DNA of 64,000 bases, from assembly GCA_964247055.1 (NCBI GenBank), contig OZ176052.1, forward strand, positions 2,418,001-2,482,000. The letters run 5' to 3'. The translations under genes were made by a program, and so were the position numbers. The notes under the pieces were generated by a model. That model was given only the letters and a program-made list of their open reading frames with translations, ran no database searches and was not told where the DNA came from. Positions 41,996 through 52,651 of this stretch are shown here, piece by piece. The stretch comes from Paragordius varius (taxonomy: Eukaryota > Animalia > Nematomorpha). Numbering within the stretch: position 1 is the first letter of the stretch; every line of letters begins with the position of its first letter.

Positions 41996-43996
41996 GGAAT
42001 CGAAATTAATAGATTATTGTTGACTGTATTTTAAATTTGTTTAATTAATAGTTTAATAAAGTAATTAATCTAGTGTTTTTATGTTTTATGACATTATTTT
42101 ATACTTAATCGATTAAACTTTTTTAAAATAGTATATATAACTATATATACTTAACAAAATAATTTGGTTTATTTAGTTATAAAAAGGTAAAACTTATATG
42201 TGTTTTGCTGTTTATATTTTTGAAAATTCATCTCATCCAATGAGTATACTAAATAAGCCTTACAATATATTTTAGTAACAAATCCAACATACTTAAATTT
42301 TTATACAAATTAATAGATTTTTATTACATAATGTATCCCATATTGTTGCCTAATTTATCAATATAGGAATTAAAGATTAGAGATCGATTAAATGCCATAT
42401 ACACGACGTTTGTAATCTTGCGCGGTGGTCAACATCAATACACGGCTGCATTCAATATCGATATGAACCGTTTTTATCAATCCCTATATAGCCTTTTGTT
42501 CAATTCAGTTTATATATATTATATATATATATATATCATAAAAGTTATAAAATATTTTTTCATATGCATTTAAAAATAATTTTTAAATGCATATGGTTTG
42601 TATATATAAGTTTTTGTTATCTTAGCAGTTATCTAACAATCCTTACATTTTTTATTTAGCAAACTGGACCGGCAAACGCGACAACCAAATTTACCATTAC
42701 TGATTTGACAGCTTTTGCAAAGTGTCTTGACATTTGTTTTATTAAAGGATCATCATCAACCACCTCGTCTTTAAACTCCAACAGCAATAAAACTGGCCAT
42801 CGAACAATGCCAAAATATAGTGCTGAGACGTTGATTGCCAGGTTACTTAAACCCGATGAACGCGTTCAGATGATTAGAGTTTCAGCTTTTATACAACGCT
42901 TGTGTTATTTCGTTGAAAATTTAACCGAATTTTGTACCATTCCATCAGCAGCTAAATGTGTAACTTACAACATGACATGTAATGTAGAAAATTCGGAGGG
43001 AATTAAAAATAGTTCTCAAGGGAATGATGCCAATATTAAATTGATTGCAAATGGTTATGATTTGTTTCAAAGCATACTTTTTACCCTGATGGCAAAGTTA
43101 TTACAGGTAATGTATGATGTAATTATAGTTAAGATTCATACATACGTGGTGAATAAGGAAACAAAAAAACAAATTTTATTATCATATAATTACACAATTT
43201 TAAATTAATCCGAGAACTTTTTTTAATATGATTCTGTGCGACTTTTTTTTCCTTTATTCACGAAATAATTAATGTATTTTAATTACCAATTTTTTATCGT
43301 TACCCACCCACACAATATATAAAAATATTTTGTATATAGGTATATTTAGTTTCAGTCTTTACGAACAATTTACATTATCCATGTTTTTAGGCTTTCCCAA
43401 CCTGCTTGCATTTGTTATCAAATAATTTGGACATAACTTCTATTAGTAATAAATCACGGAATCAAATCGAACTTTTATCGGCTTTTGAATTTACTGCTAA
43501 TCAAAGTTTTGCCATAGGCTTGGATCACCATCAGGTTATTAATGGCGTTAAATGGATCCATAATATAATTCTCAACGTATGCTCACAAAAACCTGAAAAT
43601 GCCAATATGCCAAAAAATATTGATGAATTATCATCAACAACAAATATCATGGAGGTATTTTTGATGAAAGGATTAACGCCTTGGATATATAAAACGATTG
43701 ATACCCTACAAAAAATGGAAATGACTGAAAATGGCCTTCCTCTATCTTCTCTCCAATCACAAACGACAAATAATAGTTATCAAAGAATAGTACAAAATTT
43801 TAATGCAAACACTTACTCTCATTGTTTGGAAAAGGCTTATAAGGTGTTGGTTCATTCACAAACAACGGGTACGACGATAAAATGGCAACCTCGTGATTTC
43901 TGGAAACCGTTTTGCGCTTTTAGTGAAGCGACCCCTCAAAATTCAAAGTTCCATAAAAAACAAAAAAGTTTTAATTTACCAACACGATCTAAATAA
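35275..43996 (+). CDS. NOC3L: Nucleolar complex protein 3 homolog, 929 aa. Exons: 35275-35402, 35432-35586, 35615-35748, 36492-36795, 40229-40392, 40884-41255, 41601-41939, 42367-42507, 42660-43106, 43391-43996
   Basis: LLPIKKDGKIIP, ILSNPEQNI, SLTEIFRDIIPGYKIR..EQEK..KKETRELRKFEELL, KPHFNCNKEII, VRPDVLDALLWLRI, IFTIYFKIL, GLAQFARLINIEMFHDL, FNIDMNRFYQSLY. Phases consistent (2790 nt). Confidence 0.94.
35403..35431 (+). other. 29-nt micro-intron (NOC3L intron 1)
   Basis: GTATTTGTTTGAAAGTTTATATTTTATAG; removal opens the frame into KKLNKAGVKLEDELECEKNPR..LLPIK. Confidence 0.88.
35587..35614 (+). other. 28-nt micro-intron (NOC3L intron 2)
   Basis: GTATGTATATTTATTTAAATTATCGTAG; removal continues the frame to ..ILSNPEQN. 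Confidence 0.88.
36046..36318. mobile_element. MITE family B in NOC3L intron 3
   Basis: TA|CAGTAAAAACTTAAATTATACGGACAAAACG ... CGTTTTGTCCGTATACTTTTAATTTTTACCG|TA. Confidence 0.78.
38110..40100 (+). repeat. Dispersed ~2-kb element with an internal ~320-bp (2 x ~160) diverged tandem array, in NOC3L intron 4
   Basis: GGCGCATTTTT recurs near 38313, 38808, 39124 and 39447; GGCGCAGTTTT-like motifs near 38475, 38645, 38962 and 39281. An inverted homolog lies at 60481-61950. Confidence 0.8.
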
Positions 43997-45525
43997 TTAA
44001 ACATGTTGATATATTGTTTATATTTCATTTATATGCATACTTACAACATTATTTTAGTAAATAAATTAAATCATCTTTGATTATACTGAATACGTCTTTA
44101 TGGTTTCAGAAATCTTATTTTTTAGATTTTTTATATAACCTGGTGTTTAAAGCATAAGAGATGTAACACCCATCGATAAAGTATAAATATATAGGTTATG
44201 TGATCAAAAAATATATTTAACCCTAACTTTTTATGTTTGTCTTTATAATTAAATTTTTACTGTATACATTTAGTTGTTTCAAATTAGGATGCGCTGACTG
44301 AATTATATATAAATGGTTCTAACAAGTTTTTAATATATTAACGATAAAAATATTTTTTTAAAATATTTGTAATAATATAATATTTTCTATAACACCTTCT
44401 TGTACATATTTTAAGTTTTGTCATTGAAAATATCCGACACTTAAATATTATGACTTTTTGGTATAAGGAAATTATTAATGTTGTATGTACCTATTTTGGA
44501 GTTATATAATCCACAAGACCTAATTTCTAATCTTGAAAATGAGGACCGTTGTAACCTTTTAATACTTTTACAATGTGTGTTTAATTATTATTATGAATTC
44601 TAAATATCTTTATATCATGGTAAGATCTAAAATATATGTAGTTTTCTATTTATTTTTAATTGATCTTTCTTTTAGCAACTTCACTAAAATTGTTTATGAT
44701 TTTGTTCTGTTAACGTCGCAAGTCAAATAGTTTTGTCGTAATGATAAGTGCTAACATGCACGCTCTAATCTTTAGCAAATTACATTGGTCTATTTAACTT
44801 AATTAATTTTAACTGTGCCCTGTAACGCCATGGCGTGGCTGGTCGAAATGAATTTTCTAGTCACAGGAAATTGCGACAAATGAAATTATATGAATTACGT
44901 AACAAAAAAATATCCCCTTTTATTCCTGTTTGTTTTTTACTATTATACGAATGCGCTTATAATTTAATTTATTATTCAAATCATAAAACTCTGAAATTTA
45001 AGATCAACCTTGTTTTTATCTAATGGGGATTAAAAACTATCTTACGCTCATTGAAATAATAAATGAATTATTGAATCTGAACAAGATATTTGTACTGGAA
45101 ATTTGTCAGCCAACATTCTTTATTTATGTGTAATCTGTAAATATACTTACACTTCAAGAGTGGTCTAGAAGTTGGTCTTTCAACATTTTTCTTTTGTTTT
45201 AAAATTTTATAAATCAAACGGTGTCTCATTCATCTTTTTTATTATTTTTATCTATTCTCTTTATTTAACGCATTTTAAATCATCATCTACTTTTTATCTC
45301 TCAGAAACCGTATATTTTTTTAATTTTATAAATATTATAATATTAATAAACAAGTAATTGAAAAATACTTTCTGGATTATTTTGAAATTTTTGTTAAAAA
45401 ACATTGATAAACATAATAATATTGTTAAATAAAAAAATAGAATTAAAAAGGTGGTTTTCTTATGAAAAATATTAATTTAGAATTAATGTATAATAAATAA
45501 AGAATAAGTTAAAAATTACGATATA

Positions 45526-45778
45526 TATACCATTTACAATTCGAATTTACCCTTGAACAATTTGAATTCACCTTAATTCGAATCACCCTAAATAATGTGT
45601 TTTCAAGATAAAATCATCATAAATATGAAATATATCTTTATGGCATAGTTTTAGTATTATTTTAATTTTAAGCAAAATTTCTTTTTTTAAAATATAAAAA
45701 ATATAGGTATTTTTTAGGGTGAATTTGAATTGTTCGAGGGTGATGAGATTTTCAGGGTGATTGAGGTGTAAATGGTAT
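45526..45778. mobile_element. Foldback/MITE family A2
   Basis: TATACCATTTACAATTCGAATTTACCCTTGAAC ... GGTGTAAATGGTAT; homologous to 6276-6713. Confidence 0.68.
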
Positions 45779-47039
45779 TTATCGATTTATACGTCTTATT
45801 GACTTAGCTGTGGCAAATTTTATTTTTTTCGCTTATAATATGATTTTAGAAAGGATGTGGTTAAACGCAAGGGCTTATTCACAGACTCGACCAGCCTAAA
45901 TTAATAAAGAATCCGTATGAGACCATAACGAATTTGAATGCCACCCATTTTCAGTAAATTTACTCAGGAGACCGGATTATTTTTTTGGAAGACATCTTCA
46001 TGCATTTAAAATCTTTACTTCATAGGACAAATACACAGGACCATTAACAAATTCTTTTGTCTCATAAGTGCAAAAAATTGGTTTAATATGTTTGCGAATT
46101 TTATTTTGCAAAGAAGGTGATTTTACGGAAGGATCTGCGGGGACCGTTTAAAAGGGATGTTTAAAATTTAATGGGTTTCCCTCTCTTCTATCTTAAAGCC
46201 ATATTCTACATTTTTCAAATAAATATTTTAATTTCAGGAATATCGATATCTTTCAATATAAAAACATTTGATTCCATTATTATCAATGTTAATTTTCATG
46301 TCCCATCCATAAATGGTAAATTTCGACGTCAATCATAATAGGAACTCTACATTAAAAAAAATACTTGATATAATTTTCTTACATATCCTAAGAATAAACA
46401 ATTAAATGGTTACAATGTTGAAGGTATACATAAGTTATGTATCATTCATTGCTAAGCCAAAGTTCCGTATAAAAATATTGCTATCCAACAATCTCTAATC
46501 GTAATTATTTAATAAGATTATTTTACCCTCTTTTTCCAAGGATGTTTTGTATCAATCAATAGGTAAACTTTGTCATTATTTTTAATAAAGGCTCAAGATT
46601 ATCATAATTGCACTAAAAAATATTGTGATCGTTATTCCATTATTATTAATTATGTATTTTAATCAATTATGGCATAATTTGAATTCCACATTTGAAATGG
46701 ACCATTAATTATTTGGCAGACGATTTGCTATGTAACGGCATTTTTCAAATTTTATCAGTTAGATTTTTTTAACTAATCCGTATATTTAAAGACTTTAAAT
46801 TCAAATTTATTAAATATATAAAACACACTCATCACCAATATTCAAATTTTTCGCAAAATGATTTGAATTAATTTTATAATACAACATGATATCTCTTGAT
46901 TATATTCGCAAGTGCAAATGTAATAAAATGTTATTATATTTTATTATGATATTATTAAGTCAGAAATTCCTAAATTCTCCCTGATGAATGTACAAAGGCA
47001 TTCCAAATTCTTAAAAATAACCCTAAACCTTATTATAAT

Positions 47040-50000
47040 ATGGGGGTTAAAAATATAAATTATTTTGAACCCATAATAATCGGCGTGTTATTTACCATGA
47101 TTTGTTTGGGCCAATCATTAACAACCTCCTTATTTGCAATTCATGATATTAATTCATTCCCTTTGAAAAAAGTGAGATAATTTGTTGTCAAATATTATTA
47201 ATTTTACATAGTATAATATATTTTGCAAATTTTTTGTCAAATATTTTTTATTTTACATATATTTTGCAAATTTTTTTGTTTGACATATTGACTCTTGAAC
47301 CTCAAAAATAGAGTTATTGTCTTAAAAACTTTCTGAGGTCTATAACCTTTTAACTCTTTTGAGTTTTCAATACTTTTTTGGGGGGTATTATTATTATAAA
47401 GATTAATGATAAGTGTATTATGTAGGTTTTATGTCACAAAAATATGATATATATACAAGTTGCTTTTACACGATGTGATTGATATTATCTCCTCAATCTA
47501 GGTAAAAAATATTGTCCTAAATTATTTAGTAATGCTATATTTATTTATAATTACTTTAACCAAAATATATTTTTGAACTGATAATGTTATTTTGGAATAG
47601 CAGGTGTTTATACATTTTTTACATAAATTTCTTAAAAATTATGTAATACGTAATATAATTAAATTCCGGAACCAGACTAAGCTGATTAAAATATAATTTA
47701 TTTATTATTATGTTTCATTTTCTCTTTGTACTTTTTTAAGCTCAAATTTTTATATGTTTTGACTCTATTTAGATGAATCAAACAAATGACATGCAAATAA
47801 TAACTCCATCTAGTCCAGGTAATAATATTTAATTTACATTTTCATACCAAAAGTATTTATAATAGTCAAATCCCAAAGCTTAAACAATCACAATGAATAA
47901 AATGATAAAATTTTTTAGATTCTATTTAGCTTTTAAGAGGGGCTTAGATAAAACTTTTTAGGAAAAGCTTAAGGTTAAAATATTATCATAAATATTTTAT
48001 AGTAAATGTACTTTAGAAGCTCCAAAAATATACCCTATAATTCCTATAATTTTATCTTAAAGATATACAAGTTGCGGAACGTAAGCCAAAATTTATATGT
48101 AACTTTCTTAAAATTCAGATTTCTAATTTTCTGAATAATCTAGTTTTTTATGAATTATTATGGAATCGCATCTAGATTAAATATATATTAAAAATGGTTT
48201 AATATTCCGCTACCTCTCAAATATTCTATCCAGATTTATATTTATCAAAACTTATATGGGATTTATGATAAACGTAAATTTTAATTATTATTATAAAAGA
48301 GCGGCTTACATTAACAGTGTTAATTGTGCCATTTAATAGTGTATTCGTGTACGATGATATTAAATATGCCATTGTTTCAAAAATTTATATTTTAAACGCA
48401 CGTGATGCCACGAATTGCTTGATCGCTATAATACTAAAATCTTAACCAAGTTAATAAATTTCCGTGATATATTTTATAATAACAATCAAATAATTTTTCA
48501 AACAATTTAAATATTTCAAAACTGAATGCGCAAATTTGCGATTTTTCGATTTTGGTTGATATGAAAGATATCTTAAATGATTAGCCAGCCCATAAAACTA
48601 AAAACACCATGGAATTCTACCATATCTATAAAAAAAATTTTTTTTTAAATAATTTTAACCCCAAATGTATGCAATGAGATGACATTTTTGCTTTAGATAT
48701 GTTTATAATTAATGATGAGATGTGTGGAATAAAGGCTTGTCAAAATTTTGGTAAATGTTCAATTACAATGATCTCATCCTCCGATTCCAAAACAGCCTAC
48801 CCATATAAATATTGCCATTGCCTCCCGGGATTTTATGGCAAATTCTGTCAGTTTCATTGTATGATAGTTTCCTTTTTTCGTATTTAAAAAATTTTAAGAA
48901 AATTAACTCAAAATATAGTTTTTACCTGTTAAATTAATGGAAATTATGACTATTAATACATATTTAAACAGACAAAATAAGGGAAGGGGCTGCATGTACT
49001 CTAAAGGCCCCTCAATCGACTCAAAGCAAACAACCAATTTCTACAGGATGGCCTTTTTTAGGTCATATCGATTGCAATAAATGTGTTTGTCGCATGGGTA
49101 TCGTGGCATGTTCTAGTGTAAGTCAATTTTTTTTACCCTTCTATCTTTTTGATTTTACCTGTGTTAAAAACGGTAATTTTGGATTCTTTACAAAAAATTT
49201 ATAATGTTTTACAAGATTTTAAATAAAGATTGCGTTTAGGATATATTTTCTATATCAAATGCATCTCTTTACAACCGTGATATATAGATCATTTGCGACA
49301 AATCTATATTAACGAATTCTCTGAGTCAATTATCAAGACAATCACCTGACTTCTGCTTAAAAGATCCCTGTAACATAAGTCCAAATACCAGACACGGGCT
49401 TAACGTTTCGCGAGCCCTTTCACCTTTATTATGTCAAAATGTTGAGAAAAATACCATCTATTGCCAATTGTCACAATTGCGTTTGAACGAAACAAATCTA
49501 CCTAAGGTATAATAAATTTTTTGTAAGCTTTTTTTTTAAATTTTTTATTTATAAATAGTTTTTGTCATTGTTTTTGATATTCTAGGGATTAAAACTTGGA
49601 AAACTCTGTCAACAAATAAAGATGCATGACGCTTTTCTGGATTCTCTCATTGAATACACATCAGCCCTTAAACAGGATGAACAATTTATTGAATCACAAA
49701 TAAAATATGATATAGACTGCTTTACAGATCATGTCCCCAATTCAGTTATCATAAAAACGGTATAAATTAATACTGTGCACATAAATTATTTTTTAAAAAC
49801 TTACAGTGAATACTAATAATGTTCTAAAAAAATTTTTAATCCGAAAAAATTTTTGTAAAAAAGTTGTGGCCTGGGTATTTACAATTAAATTTTACAAAAT
49901 GTAACTGGTCTTTACATCTTAATGCAATGATACCACTCATACTACTTTTTTACATAAATGAAAAAACTATTTTTACTAGGTTATTTTTAAAATATTTTTT

Positions 50001-50893
50001 TTCCAATATTCTTAACCTTTTAGACTATCTATTGTAATGATTGTGATTCAATGATACTTCTTAATATGGGCCCTTCAAACATCTCCTTAAATGGTATCTT
50101 GTCATCTAACCAAGATCTACTGGAAAACACAGTAACGAACTCCCTCAAAACGCTAGAAAACAAAATGGCACACTCAACTGTAAATGGGAATGTTGAAATC
50201 TCTATGGGTATACCCTATGTCATAGATGTTAAACCATTGCATATTGCAACACCACCTACAAAACCAAATGATTATATCCATAAAATTATTGAGACAAAAC
50301 CTAATGTTTCAACTTCACCGCCTACCTCAACAAATACACCAATAAGCACTAATGTTTCAAATGTCCCCCAAAATTCAATATACATACATAATGAACAACG
50401 TTATTACACTGTGGTTTATATGTTGATGTCACAAAGCACGACGACCACTTTAAAAACTCTTACAAACTTATTACCTGGAAAGGATCTAAATGCTAAGGGA
50501 GATTCACTAAAAACCGAGAACAATAATTTTACTCGGGAGATGAACACATTAATGTATGCACAAAACGTCTCACACATTAGTCCATTTCATCTTTTGCTGC
50601 TGATAAGTTCGTGTGCATTATTTATTGTGACACTGCTGCTTATCAAATATCGTGATACTATACATTGTGCGATACGAAGAAAGCATCAACCTACATACAA
50701 TCATGGCAACCATTCTAACAATACAAACTTTAACCGTACACACCTGCATGATTTTTCGGGACTTAGATATCAACCATCAATTAAACCGCCCAATAGGAAT
50801 GATATCATTACTTCATTCAATGTTCATGAAAATAAAATGATATATGCCGAATCTTACTTGCCAAGCTATGAGCAATGTGTTGCGGAAAAATAA
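47040..50893 (+). CDS. Jagged/Serrate-derived type I membrane protein lacking C2/MNNL, DSL and all but one EGF repeat, 582 aa. Exons: 47040-47171, 47773-47818, 48697-48858, 48972-49117, 49288-49506, 49586-49759, 50024-50893
   Basis: Signal peptide (IIIGVLFTMICLG); one 6-Cys EGF (CGIKAC..C..CHCLPGFYGKFC); VWC DCNKCVCRMGIVACSSIIC; Jagged-type juxtamembrane block C-x7-N-x6-GL-x5-C; T/P-rich stalk; TM LLLLISSCALFIVTLLLI; tail ending LPSYEQCVAEK. Phases consistent (1749 nt). Confidence 0.8.
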
Positions 50894-51102
50894 TTGCGAT
50901 ATTTATTTATTTATTTTTAGGGTTTAAAAATTAAGTTATATTATATAAACTAATCGTGTAATAATATATTTATTAATATAATCAATTACATCATTATACT
51001 AATTAATTATTCTATCATCGGCAATCGTCAGTAATAAATATAATGAATTTAGATAGTTTTTAGGGAGAATACAGAATAATGTTTCTAAAAATATTTTCTA
51101 AG

Positions 51103-52613
51103 TTATTTTGGGTTTGACACAGCTGTTACCACGATTTCATCAAGTTGGACGGAAAGAGGCATACGTAGAGCACTCATTAGGGCATCTGAAACATCTTCGG
51201 GTCTTAGATAAATTTTACTTGCAAAAAATTTATCGACTTCGGATTTGTCTAGAAAAATTTAAAAAATATTAAATTATAATTCTATTATTGATATAAAATA
51301 ATTGGCAATCTGGAGTTGAGTATATCCAAAAAACTACGTAAATTTTATCAGGCCATCAGCAATTTGTGTCAACTTTATTCACTTAATAAAAGAAAAAATA
51401 ACATTAATTAACATTTTTTTAAAAATATATGAATCTTTCAAAAATGGAATGTAAGATTGTTTGTATTGCCATTGGTTGCTGGGTAAATTTCACTCCAATT
51501 AAAATACATAACCAATATAGTCATATTATTGAGACACATATTATGTGCAAAATGAGTTTATATATAAATTTAAAACATGCAGTCCCCCTCTTCTCTGCTC
51601 AAAAACAAAAAAGTCTATGAAAAAACTTTTATTACCCTTGACCACTACTGACCTCCGTGCCACCCGTAATTTTACTACAATCATGCTTAATTATAACTTT
51701 AAAACAAAAGGTAAAAAACAAACTTGCAATCATTTCTTTGTCCCCCTTTTTGGCCAAATGATCAGCAAAGTTTGTTTTAATCCACCCTGGGCACAGAGTA
51801 ACTACTCTGATACCCCTAACATTTGGATGGTATTCATTCAATTCACGGCGTAAACATTGAGTCATAGCTGTTATAGCAAATTTAGACGCTGTGTACATGT
51901 GAAAAAATGTATCATTTCCTTCACCATCTTGATTGGGAAATAGAATGACATCCCGACCCACGATACTGCTCACATTAACAATAATTCCATCACGAATCCC
52001 CGCATGAGCCATGAGTATAATGGCTTCTTTAGCGCAAATGGAGAGGCCATATATATTAATTTTAAGCGTTGTCCACCAATGTTGATAAGTTTGTTTTCGA
52101 TTAGCCATTTCTTTTTCGCTGTACGGATCAAGTCCTTTACAATTTTTTTCGCTCTTTAAAAAGTAATCTGGAAAGGCTAAACCCGCGTTATTTATACAGA
52201 TGTGAAGGGCCTTGTACTTTTTCCAAATGTGCGCAAATAGGGCCATAACTTGGTCCATTTTACCCACGTCACATTGTATGGGCTCTATGGTTGTACCGCC
52301 GGCTTGGGTAACTTCTTGTACCAATGGCTACATTACATAAATGATAGTGTAAAATATAAAATTGTAAAGACAATTACAAATATAATTTTTAAACAATTTA
52401 TTTTTAAACTTGTTTTTTTTTTCAAATATAACTTAAATCGTTTTGGGATGCAAAATAAGGAATAGAGAGGTGATCTAAATACTGTATATCAACAATTGTA
52501 CAGGTTGTAGAAAAAAATAATAGGTTTAAAAATATGGTTTATTTATCTACTTATGTTATGTAATTATATTTTTTACTGTATATTTAATATGGGTAAATTA
52601 ATTAGTATATATA

Positions 52614-52651
<38 letters not shown>

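Noticed and set aside
45850-46750. Possible Penelope-like RT remnant on the minus strand (FGLAM, LPFMD-like words)
   Set aside because: Motifs are short, in different frames and not convincingly ordered. Needs a profile search.
47502-47529. 28-nt GT...AG segment inside intron 1 of the Jagged-like gene
   Set aside because: All frames after it reach stops within about 50 nt and no coding exon supports it.
51697-51723. Candidate 27-nt GT-AG micro-intron at a distal position in the SDR
   Set aside because: Using this acceptor gives a non-homologous C-terminus; the acceptor at 51249 gives the canonical LRPEDV exon. It could still be a minor alternative site.
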